Assembly: GCA_028820635.1 (NCBI GenBank)
Contig: JAPPIG010000101.1
Location: 17,484-81,483, forward strand
From: Candidatus Poribacteria bacterium
GTDB lineage: Bacteria; Poribacteria; WGA-4E; WGA-3G
Reading direction: 5' to 3'
Length of the DNA stretch: 64,000 bases
Shown: in pieces, positions 45,436 to 55,200 of the stretch
Numbering within the stretch: the first letter of the stretch is position 1
Layout of the letters: each line of letters starts with the position of its first letter
Position numbers and translations under genes: made by a program
The notes under the pieces: generated by a model
What the model was told of the DNA's origin: nothing
Database searches by the model: none
What the model saw: the letters and a program-made list of their open reading frames with translations, nothing else

Positions 45436-46482
45436 ATGACAAACAAGAAAATCCGTCTTACTGCAACTGTCAAATGTGCTGGGTGAGCGTCAAAACTTGC
45501 TCCGGGTGAGCTTTCACACATTTTAGAAAACCTGCCCAAGTCTACTGATCCGAACCTGCTTGTTGGCACAGAGACCTCTGATGATGCGGGGATATACCGT
45601 ATTTCTGACGACCTTGCCCTTGTCAACACTGTTGACTATTTTACGCCTATCGTGGACGATCCGTATACATTCGGTGCGATCGCAGCGACAAATTCATTGA
45701 GCGATGTGTATAGCATGGGCGGCATGCCGAAAACTGCGTTGAATATTACCTGTTGGCCGAGGGATGACCTTGATCTCTCAATTCTCGGTGATATTGTGAG
45801 AGGTGGTGCTGAAAAGGCATCAGAAGCGGGAGCGGCACTTCTCGGTGGACATACGGTGGATTCACCTGAATTGATGTATGGACTTTCTGTAACTGGGGTT
45901 GTGCATCCTGAGAAGTTTGTCAAAAACTACGGCGCGCGTCCTGGTGATGTTCTCATTCTAACAAAAAATCTCGGTATCGGCATTCTCACGACAGGATTAA
46001 AATTCAACAAAATCAGTGATGAAGTCTTACCAGAATTGGTTGAATCAATGACACGGCTCAATGCTTCTGCGTCTGCGGTTATGTTAAAGTATGATGCATC
46101 CGCATGCACAGATGTTACAGGGTATGGATTGTTAGGACATGCATCAGAAATGGCAGCGGGCAATGATGTGCGTTTAAAAATAGATAGCAGTGCAATTCCA
46201 TACTTTGAAGATGCGCCAGCACTTGTTGCGAAGAAGACTTATACGCAGGCATATCTTGCGAATACTAAGTTCCTTTCGGATAAAGTTTCGTTTAGTTCGT
46301 CGGTTTCGGAGGAGATGCGGCATATTTTGATGGAAGCAGAAACGTCAGGCGGATTGTTATTTGCATTGCCAGCAGAAAATGCCGATGCAGCAATAAAAGA
46401 TCTTCGCGCTGTTGATTGTCCTGAAGCCTCTGTTGTTGGTGAAGTCATTGCAGAAGATGCTGCATATATTGAGGTGCATTAG
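45436..46482 (+). CDS. selD: Selenide, water dikinase (selenophosphate synthetase) with in-frame UGA-encoded selenocysteine
   Basis: The ORF track begins at 45652. The same frame is open back to ATG 45436 except for TGA at 45484-45486. Translation MTNKKIRLTATVKCAG-U-ASKLAPGELSHILENLPKSTDPNLLVGTETSDDAGIY...TPIVDDPYTFGAIAATN aligns with the E. coli SelD N-terminus (IRLT...AGCGCK...DPNLLVG), with U at the Cys17 position. Confidence 0.85.
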
Positions 46483-46507
46483 AATATTTGCAAAATGGTG
46501 ACTTTAT

Positions 46508-47029
46508 ATGACAAAATATGAATTGGCAAAGCAGATTCGTGCAGTAGCATATCTTACAGGTGAATTCAAGCTGCGTTCAGGTAAAATTAGTAATTTCTAT
46601 TGGGACAAATATCGGTTTGAAAGTGATCCATTATTGCTAACTGCAATTGCAGTGGAGATGGCAAAATTACTACCAGTAGAATGTGACGGTTTAGCAGGAT
46701 TGGAATTAGGGGGGATTCCTCTTGCGACTGCAATCTCTTTACAGACCGGAATCCCTTGTTTTTACGTCCGTAAAGAGGCAAAAACTTACGGCACATGCAA
46801 TCTCATAGAAGGAGGTGTAAAAGAGAAGAGCTTACTTGTTGTGATAGAAGATGTTATTACGACTGCCGGACAGGTTTGCACATCCATAGAACAGATTCGT
46901 GGAGAGGGACACACAGTGGAACATGTTGTAGCAGCCATTGACAGGCAAGCGGGGGGAGAGGAGAAAATTAACGCGCTCGGATGTTCATTCGCATCGGTTT
47001 TTACACTTGCGGAGTTAGAAGCAGTATAA
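46508..47029 (+). CDS. pyrE: Orotate phosphoribosyltransferase
   Basis: FKLRSGKISNFYWD and the PRPP motif LVVIEDVITTAGQ; 173 aa. Confidence 0.85.
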   Translation: MTKYELAKQIRAVAYLTGEFKLRSGKISNFYWDKYRFESDPLLLTAIAVEMAKLLPVECDGLAGLELGGIPLATAISLQTGIPCFYVRKEAKTYGTCNLIEGGVKEKSLLVVIEDVITTAGQVCTSIEQIRGEGHTVEHVVAAIDRQAGGEEKINALGCSFASVFTLAELEAV

Positions 47030-47153
47030 CATCTTTTTCAATTGGATAGCACACTAAACAGACTTCACAAGTGAATTAATATATAATCAGACAGATAGGA
47101 AATTCCGCTAAAGCAAAAATAACACGAGTAAACCGTAAGAGATTACGAGAAAT

Positions 47154-47951
47154 GTGATAAAGAAAATGAAAATACTGTTTATAGGAGATATTGTTGGAAA
47201 TCCGGGGAGAAGAGTTGTAACTGAATTTTTGAAAGAGCTTAACAAAACTACAAATCCGTATGATTTCATCATTGCGAATGGCGAAAACGCTGCAGGGGGA
47301 AAAGGTTTAACATTTGAAGTTGTTGATCAGTTGTTGGCATCAGGTGTTTCTGCCATTACAACTGGAAACCATGTTTGGGATCAGAAAGAAATCTTTGACT
47401 TTGTTGACACAACGCCGCAGTTGATTCGTCCAGCAAACTATCCTGCGGAAGTGCCTGGTCGCGGTTTCACCATAGTTCCTTCAGTTGATGGACGTTCCAA
47501 ACTCGGTGTAATCAACCTCGCGGGCCAGATATTCATGAACAGATACACCAATCCGTTTCATGCATTGGATGAAATACTATCTGAGGTGAAAACTGAAACC
47601 CCTTATGTGATTCTTGATTTTCATGCTGAAGCGACTTCAGAAAAAATTGCAATGGGATGGCACGCGGATGGTAAGGTATGTGCTGTGATTGGCACGCACA
47701 CGCATGTTCAAACGGCAGATGAGCGCGTTCTGCCACAAGGCACAGCATATATTACGGACGTTGGCATGACAGGTCCTCATGATTCGGTTATTGGGAGCAG
47801 GATAGATAAAGTACTTGAAAGTTTTTTGACAATGATGCCAGCGCGCTTTGGTGTAGCGAAAGACAATATCAAATTATGTGCTGTTCAAATTGAATTAGAT
47901 GATGAAACAGGGTTGGCACTCAGTATTGAACGGATTCAATATCAACTTTGA
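47154..47951 (+). CDS. YmdB-like (TIGR00282-type) metallophosphoesterase
   Basis: ILFIGDIVGNPGR, NGENAAGGKG, GNHVWD and DFHAEATSEK. The start is either GTG 47154 or ATG 47166. Confidence 0.8.
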   Translation: MIKKMKILFIGDIVGNPGRRVVTEFLKELNKTTNPYDFIIANGENAAGGKGLTFEVVDQLLASGVSAITTGNHVWDQKEIFDFVDTTPQLIRPANYPAEVPGRGFTIVPSVDGRSKLGVINLAGQIFMNRYTNPFHALDEILSEVKTETPYVILDFHAEATSEKIAMGWHADGKVCAVIGTHTHVQTADERVLPQGTAYITDVGMTGPHDSVIGSRIDKVLESFLTMMPARFGVAKDNIKLCAVQIELDDETGLALSIERIQYQL

Positions 47952-47963
47952 AGGACACTCAGA

Positions 47964-49184
47964 ATGCAGTTAGAACTCCCGATACCTCGGACGATTTTTA
48001 GCGTTACGCAAATAACTAAAACCTTGTCCCGCATAATTGAGCAGCAACCAGTACTTCAAAATGTGTGGGTGAAGGGGCAAGTTTCAAATCTCAGTCGTCC
48101 CGCGTCTGGGCATATCTATTTCACACTTAAAGATGAGAACAGTAATATCAGAAGCGTCGCGTTTCGGAGTAGTGCATCTCGGTTACAGTTTTTGCCGCGT
48201 GACGGGGATGAAGTTCTGGTGCAAGGACGAATCAATATCTATGCTGCAAGTAGTGAATATCAAATAATTGTCAATACGGTAGAACCACTCGGAGTTGGGG
48301 CACTGCAGCGAGCCTTTGAAGAACTAAAACAGAAACTTTCAGATGAAGGGCTATTTGATGATCGGCACAAAAAGCCGTTACCCGTTTTTCCAAAGAAAAT
48401 CGGGGTAATTACTTCTGAAACAGGCGCTGCAATACAAGATATTCAGCAACAACTTCAAAAGAGGTATCCGTTAGCTGAACTATTGCTATACCCGACACTT
48501 GTGCAAGGGGAATATGCTGCGGCCCAAATTGCCCGTGCCATACGTGTTATGAACAGTAGAACTGATATAGATGTTTTAATTGTTGGGCGTGGTGGCGGTT
48601 CCCTTGAAGACCTATGGGCATTCAATGAAGAAATTGTTGCACGCGCAATCTTCGACTCTGATATTCCCGTTGTCTCTGCTGTCGGTCATGAAACAGATTT
48701 TACCATATCTGATATGGTTGCAGATCACCGATCACCAACACCGTCTGCCGCAGTAGAACATGTTGTCCCTGACAGATTAGATTTATTAGCACAGTTAAAT
48801 GGCGTGATAAATCGTTTGAATGAACTTATAATGCGGCAGATTACCACACAACATGCCGAAGTAGATGCGTTGGAATTGGGGCTTTCACCATCTAAACGAA
48901 AGGATACAATCTATCAGTTGTCTCAATCTGTTGACGGTCTTGAAGCAACATATCAAAAAGCAATAAATGATAGATTGAACGTAGAAAGCAACCGATTACA
49001 ATCTTTAGCCGCTCGGTTAAATGGACTTAGTCCATTAGCGACCTTAAAACGAGGATATAGTGTTTGTAGGACATCTTCTGGAGATGTTGTAACATCAAAC
49101 GATCAAATAAATGTCGGGGAACGACTTGATGTAAAACTTTCCCAAGGTAATCTCGTTTGCACTGTTGCCGAGTGTTTAGAATGA
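47964..49184 (+). CDS. xseA: Exodeoxyribonuclease VII large subunit
   Basis: OB-fold start VWVKGQVSNLSRPASGHIYFTLKDE and the catalytic region GRGGGSLEDLWAFNEE. Confidence 0.9.
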   Translation: MQLELPIPRTIFSVTQITKTLSRIIEQQPVLQNVWVKGQVSNLSRPASGHIYFTLKDENSNIRSVAFRSSASRLQFLPRDGDEVLVQGRINIYAASSEYQIIVNTVEPLGVGALQRAFEELKQKLSDEGLFDDRHKKPLPVFPKKIGVITSETGAAIQDIQQQLQKRYPLAELLLYPTLVQGEYAAAQIARAIRVMNSRTDIDVLIVGRGGGSLEDLWAFNEEIVARAIFDSDIPVVSAVGHETDFTISDMVADHRSPTPSAAVEHVVPDRLDLLAQLNGVINRLNELIMRQITTQHAEVDALELGLSPSKRKDTIYQLSQSVDGLEATYQKAINDRLNVESNRLQSLAARLNGLSPLATLKRGYSVCRTSSGDVVTSNDQINVGERLDVKLSQGNLVCTVAECLE

Positions 49185-49228
49185 AAATATAGCGAAACTA
49201 TTGATATTGTTAGGTAAGGAGAAACCGT

Positions 49229-49459
49229 TTGACATTTGAAGAAAAACTTGAAAAACTAAAAGAAATTGTTGAAAAGTTAGAAGCACCAGAAACTTTGGAG
49301 TTAGATGCTTCTCTGACACTTTTTGAGGAGGGTGTCGGATTAGTTCGTTCGTGTAGGGAACTTCTTGAAGCTGCAGAAGTCCGAGTACAAAACGTGTCTC
49401 AAGAAGATAATGAGGACACGACAGCGGAATCTATATCCGAGGATGAAAACGGAGAATAG
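49229..49459 (+). CDS. xseB: Exodeoxyribonuclease VII small subunit
   Basis: FEEKLEKLKEIVEKLE...LDASLTLFEEGVGLVRSC. TTG start 6 nt after AAGGAGA. Confidence 0.85.
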   Translation: MTFEEKLEKLKEIVEKLEAPETLELDASLTLFEEGVGLVRSCRELLEAAEVRVQNVSQEDNEDTTAESISEDENGE

Positions 49460-49460
49460 G

Positions 49461-51320
49461 ATGGTTTTGGAAAAAATTAACTCACCTGTTGACCTAAAGA
49501 CGCTAAATATAAGCGAGTTGGAAACACTCGCTGAGGAGATGCGTGCCTATTTGTTGGCAGTATTATCCAAGCATCCCGGTCATTTCGCTCCTAACTTCGG
49601 GACTGTCGAATTAGCGATTGCCTTACACACGGTTTTCGACACACCTCAGGACAAACTAATCTGGGATATAGGTCATCAGGCATATCCTCATAAACTTCTT
49701 ACGGGGCGTTTAGATTCTTTTGATACCTTGCGGCAAACTGATGGGATTAGTGGGTTTCTGAGCCGTGAAGAAAGTAAGTACGATGTCTTTGGAGCAGGAC
49801 ATTCGAGCACCTCAATTTCAGCGGCATTAGGTATTGCAGCTGCTCGCGATGTTAATAATGATGATTTCAAAGTTATTGCTGTTATAGGCGATGGCGGGTT
49901 GACGGGAGGGATGGCACTTGAAGGATTGAACGCCGCGGGCGATTTCAGAAAGGACATGTTGGTAATTCTAAACGATAATCAGATGTCAATTTCTCCTACT
50001 ATCGGGGCAATCTCAAAACACTTCCACAAACTGATTAGTTCGCGCGGCTATAATCGCCTTCGAACAAGTGCGAAAGAATTGATAAGCCTTTTTCCATCAG
50101 ATGCGAAAGCATTAGCACAGAAGATTGAAGCGTCGCTAAAACCTGGAACACTGTTTGAGGAATTTGGATTCAGATATTTTGGTCCCCTTGATGGAAACGA
50201 TTTGGAATCGTTAATACCTATTCTCACAGGTATTCGTGAATTGACCGGACCGATCTTAGTGCATGTGGTTACAAAGAAGGGAAAAGGGTATCTTCCTGCT
50301 GAAAAAGACCCGGTTAAGTTCTATAGTGTCAGCGGGCAGTTCGACGTAAAAACAGGTAAATCGCTTCGTCCTACCTCCGCCACACCTAAATACACAGATG
50401 TTTTTAGCCGTACTCTCATTGAAGAAGCCAAGCATGATTCTCGTATTATAGGTGTAACAGCAGCCATGTTGGGTGGAACTGGTTTAGACAAGTTTTCGGA
50501 GGTATTTCCAGATAGATGTTTTGATATTGGATTAGCAGAGCAGTGTGCTGTCACCTTCGCTGCAGGACTTGCAACGGAAGGTCTAAAACCAGTTGTTGCC
50601 ATCTATTCTACCTTCTTACAACGTGGCTATGACCAGGTTCTCCATGATGTATGTATTCAGAATTTGCCGGTTGTCTTCGCACTTGACCGTGCAGGAATCG
50701 TAGGGGCAGATGGACCAACACACCACGGCGTTTTTGATATTGCTTACCTCCGTTCAATTCCTAACATTGTGTCAATGGCTCCCAAAGATGAGAATGAATT
50801 GCAGCACATGCTTAAAACAGCGTTAACCTATGAAATGGGTCCTATCGCGTTGCGTTATCCACGTGGAACAGGAATCGGTGTTAAATTGGAAACTGAACCT
50901 AAACCGTTACCCATCGGAAAAGCTGAAATCTGTCAAGAAGGGGATGATTTACTGATTGTGGCACTCGGAAACCGCGTTTACCCCGCACTTGAGGCAGCAA
51001 AGACTCTGAGTGAAACAGGCATTGAAACGACAGTGGTCAATGCACGCTTTATTAAACCTTTAGATGTTACATTGATTGTAGACTTAGCAAAACAGATTGG
51101 CAATATGATTACAGTAGAAGATGGTATATTGATGGGTGGGTTTGGCAGTGCTGTGCTTGAAGCACTTGCAGCGGAAAGAATTACAGATGTACGTGTGACT
51201 TCACTCGGAGTGCCTGATCGGTTTATTGAACATGGAGACGTAAATACATTATACGATAAATACGGTTACGATGCTGAAGCCATAATTCGTGCTGGAGTTG
51301 CATTAGCTGTCGGATCATAG
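49461..51320 (+). CDS. dxs: 1-deoxy-D-xylulose-5-phosphate synthase
   Basis: GHQAYPHKLLTGR and the TPP motif GDGGLTGGMALEGLN. I prefer ATG 49461 (MVLEKINSPVDLK), which lies directly after the xseB stop. The ORF-track extension from 49365 overlaps xseB. Confidence 0.9.
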   Translation: MVLEKINSPVDLKTLNISELETLAEEMRAYLLAVLSKHPGHFAPNFGTVELAIALHTVFDTPQDKLIWDIGHQAYPHKLLTGRLDSFDTLRQTDGISGFLSREESKYDVFGAGHSSTSISAALGIAAARDVNNDDFKVIAVIGDGGLTGGMALEGLNAAGDFRKDMLVILNDNQMSISPTIGAISKHFHKLISSRGYNRLRTSAKELISLFPSDAKALAQKIEASLKPGTLFEEFGFRYFGPLDGNDLESLIPILTGIRELTGPILVHVVTKKGKGYLPAEKDPVKFYSVSGQFDVKTGKSLRPTSATPKYTDVFSRTLIEEAKHDSRIIGVTAAMLGGTGLDKFSEVFPDRCFDIGLAEQCAVTFAAGLATEGLKPVVAIYSTFLQRGYDQVLHDVCIQNLPVVFALDRAGIVGADGPTHHGVFDIAYLRSIPNIVSMAPKDENELQHMLKTALTYEMGPIALRYPRGTGIGVKLETEPKPLPIGKAEICQEGDDLLIVALGNRVYPALEAAKTLSETGIETTVVNARFIKPLDVTLIVDLAKQIGNMITVEDGILMGGFGSAVLEALAAERITDVRVTSLGVPDRFIEHGDVNTLYDKYGYDAEAIIRAGVALAVGS

Positions 51321-51416
51321 AGTCAACTTGGGAACATCAATATTTGTTACGAGTATTTGAGGTAATGTTCACAAGCAATCTGTATAGTTTTAATCGTAAA
51401 TTAGATATGATGAAAG

Positions 51417-52271
51417 ATGGATAGGTTAGATATTGTCCTTGTTCAACGCGGTTTTGCTGAAAGTCGTCTCCAAGCAAAGCGTTTAATTTTTGCAGGTGCA
51501 GTCAAAGTAAACAACAATTCAAACCTAAAACCCGGACAACGCATACCACTTGACGCTGAAATTGAGGTTGAACATCCGCCAAAATATGTCAGTCGTGGTG
51601 GATTAAAACTTGAAAAAGCATTACAAGATTTTGACATAACCGTCCAAAATAGAGTAGCGATTGATGTAGGTGCTTCCACAGGTGGTTTTACCGACTGCTT
51701 ACTCCAACACGGTGCAGGTTTCGTTTATGCGGTTGATGTCGGGTATGGTCAACTTGCATGGAAACTTCGCAAAAACCCGCGCGTGCACGTACTTGACAAA
51801 ACCAATATCCGCTACATTGACCAACACCTATTTTCACATCCACTTGACATTGCAGTGATTGATGTGTCTTTTATCTCCTTACGAAAAGTGTTGCCTGTTG
51901 TGATTGAAAAGTTAGGCGTATCGGAGATTATCGCTCTCGTAAAACCACAGTTTGAGGCAGGGCGCAACCACGTTAAAAAGGGCGGCATAGTTGACAACCC
52001 AGACGTCCATAAAGTAACTTTGGGTAATTTGATTGAATTTGTACAGCAAAATTTTGCAGTAATACCTTTCGGATTAACCTTTTCACCGATTCATCAAGAT
52101 ATAGGTAATATTGAATATCTCCTCTGGCTGCGTAAATCCACGACAGCAACACAATTTGAATCTGGATTAGAAATCCTAACTACAATAGATATGGATTTTG
52201 TCAGTGATGTAGTTAACACCGCGCACGACGCGTTTTATGTTAACAGCGTAGAAAAATCGGAACAAGAATGA
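51417..52271 (+). CDS. tlyA: TlyA-family rRNA (cytidine-2'-O)-methyltransferase
   Basis: S4-like start RLDIVLVQRGFAESRLQAKRLI and the FtsJ-type SAM motif IDVGASTGGFTDCLLQHGA. Confidence 0.85.
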   Translation: MDRLDIVLVQRGFAESRLQAKRLIFAGAVKVNNNSNLKPGQRIPLDAEIEVEHPPKYVSRGGLKLEKALQDFDITVQNRVAIDVGASTGGFTDCLLQHGAGFVYAVDVGYGQLAWKLRKNPRVHVLDKTNIRYIDQHLFSHPLDIAVIDVSFISLRKVLPVVIEKLGVSEIIALVKPQFEAGRNHVKKGGIVDNPDVHKVTLGNLIEFVQQNFAVIPFGLTFSPIHQDIGNIEYLLWLRKSTTATQFESGLEILTTIDMDFVSDVVNTAHDAFYVNSVEKSEQE

Positions 52272-55200
52272 TGAAAAGACAAAAAAGAGTATTTATTTCA
52301 ATACCTCTAATTACGCTACTCATCGGAATCGTTGGATATTTCTATATCAGTTCAGATTCCTTCCTAAATAATTTCATAAAACCTCGTCTTGAAGAAGCTC
52401 TTCAAAAACAGGTCAATAAAAAACACACTGTGACATTTGGCGAATTGAGTGGCAACATCTTTACCGGTGTTGAAGTCGAGAATTTTAGGATAGAAGACGA
52501 TGAAAAATTGCCTATACTCTCCACAGATGAGATAGTCCTGAAATACTATTTTTGGGGTCTACTACAACGCAAATTTCTTGTAACTACGTTAGAAATTAAC
52601 TCCCCAGAGTTTAACTTAAGGCGCAATTCGGCTGGACAAGTTAATTTAACGCAGGTGTTTCGGGAATCTTCACAAGATTCGGATGCGTCTTTCGCATTTG
52701 CAATTTCCAAAGCTGCTATTAATGGCGGGAAGATTCTTTTTACAGATACACAGCAAAACATTAAATTAAGTCTACCAGATATTGACATTGAGTTACAGGG
52801 TAGGTTAGAAAAATGGGATCATACAGGAAAACTCTCTATTGGTAAAGGGGATTTTATCCTAAATGGAACCGAATTGCCAATTGGGCAGTTGACGGATATA
52901 GATTTTTCTCTTTCAGTGAAAAGTGGTCAATTATTGGAATCACTCAAACTGCAATTAGGTAACTCACTATTAGAAGTACAGGAATTGAAAAAGAATTGGG
53001 ATAGCGGAAAATGGAATACGCTTGTAGAGATAACGATTGATGCGACAGATGTGCAAAAGTTTCTTGGTAACGACACGCAACTTGCAGGATTTGGCAAAGT
53101 TAAATTGGATTTAAATGGAACAGATTCAACTTTAAATGGAACACTTATAGGCACATCTGAAGCACTTTCAATCAAGCAATTTCCAACAGATTCATCTGAA
53201 TCCAAAACAAGACAAATTGATATTGCGAATCTTAAGATTGACACTACGCTGAATTTTGCGGAAGTTGCGGGGATGACGTTAGAAGAATTCACTGCAGAGG
53301 TCGCTGGTGGTACACTTTCTGGAAGCGGTCGTGTCACATTTGACAATAACTCTGAAGGTAATCTAATTGAGCGATTACAGCATTTTGTCAAACAACCTAT
53401 TACCTATGATAGTAAATGGGATATTTCAGACGTTCAACTTAATTTGCTATTGGTAATGTTTGGAGAATTATCAAAACAAATACCGCAACTTGAATCTGGG
53501 ACATTTACAGGCACAGCGTTAATAAATGGCAATACTACAAGAGATTTTCATCTTGATAGCAGTGTGAAGCTTTCAGATACCCGTTTTCTTATCAAAGACG
53601 AATCTATACCTTTGAACGACTCATCGCTGAATTGGAAAATATCTTCGGAACATACGAATGGTTCAAATATCAGGATAGATGGCACAATTGATAATACAAA
53701 CGTTGATATTAACGGATCTTTTGATAGATTTGATGTTCAACTTGAGAATGTTGACTTTGGGAAACTATCAAGAATTTTAAATTCTGTGCCTTTCAAAGGT
53801 ATTGGAAGCATTACTGCAGAAATAAAAAAAGATGGTACTGCTACTGGGCATGTAGAAATGCCTGAAGCATTCTATTGTCACAGCGATGAGGACCCAATCC
53901 CACTTGGTCGTTTAGCCGGAAATTTTCGATATGAAAATCGGGTTGTGTATTTTGAAAACGCACATCTGACAAAACAAGGTGGTACAAGCGTTTCCATTGA
54001 AGGTAATATTGGTATAGATGGTAAATTACCTGCGAGTTTTAGCATCGTCGCTGATCCGCTTGTGTTGGATGCTGACTATAACAAACTCTTTTTTACTGTA
54101 GTCTACCCCATTGAAGGTGATATAAAGGGGGAATTAAATTTATATGGTCACCTCATTGACCATCTTGATGGCAGCGGCAATTTTGTTGTTAATTCTGGAA
54201 ACGCCTGGGGCATCAATTTTGATCCTGCAACATTGCAATTAGAAATTGACAATTACTCACTCGCCATTCCCGATTTTGTAATACCGACACGCGGTCAACA
54301 GGTTATTCTTAATGTCAATGTAGAAAGTAATGGTGATTTTAACTTCACTGTAAAAAGTAGTAAAGACAAACCGGTTCAATTAGTTGAACTTGCACGCGCT
54401 GCAGACATCACCGATTTTCCACTTGATGGCAAAATGAGTGTTAACGTTGAATCATATCAAAAAAAGCCGCAAGACCTCGTATTTACAACAAAATTTATTT
54501 TTACAGATCTCACCTTTGAAGACAATTCGCTTGGCGATGCCTATCTGGACGGCATTCTCATAGAAGAAAAAGATCACTTTGAATTTACCGGCAAAGGACT
54601 TGCTGGAACAACTGATATTGAGGGTACAATCAGTAATGCCTTATCTAATCCATACAAGTTTTTCCTTAAAAGTGAAAAAACTGCGGCCCCTCCGATTCTA
54701 CGCATTTTTCATCCTGCCCTTGATGCAATTACTGGCACGATTGATAGTATTGTAAAAATAGAAGGCACAATTACTGAGTTAGTCGAACCTGCAAAAAAAA
54801 GTGTTCATCCTTATGATGTTGACATAGTTATCAACCAGACTCTACTTCAGTACAATTCCTTACGTTTTACAAATTCCAAGACGATACGTCTAACTTTAGA
54901 AGATGATATTTTGACGATTTCTGACAGTTCGCTCTCTGTGAATGGTGAGGAATCTCCATTCATTCAACTCACTGGTACCATTGATACAAAAACCGAGAAG
55001 ATTGATCTTTATTCCAAACATAATCAAATATTAACACTGGAATCTCTCGGGACAGCATTAGGGTTTCCCATTTTGGGTAATGTTCATTATGATTTAAAAA
55101 TAAAAGGAACGTTCAGTGATCCTATTGTTGATCTCAAATGGACAATACCAATGTTAATTCAGGAAACCGAAATAGGGAAAATCAGTATAAGTGACGCAAA

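Noticed and set aside
45405-45923. Minus-strand ORFs 45405-45629 and 45636-45923.
   Set aside because: They overlap the selD N-terminal coding region once the UGA-Sec codon is read through. They have no independent support.
49365-49460. A 32-codon N-terminal extension of dxs in the ORF track (MKLQKSEYKTCL...).
   Set aside because: It overlaps xseB in another frame. The canonical Dxs N-terminus starts at ATG 49461, immediately after the xseB stop.
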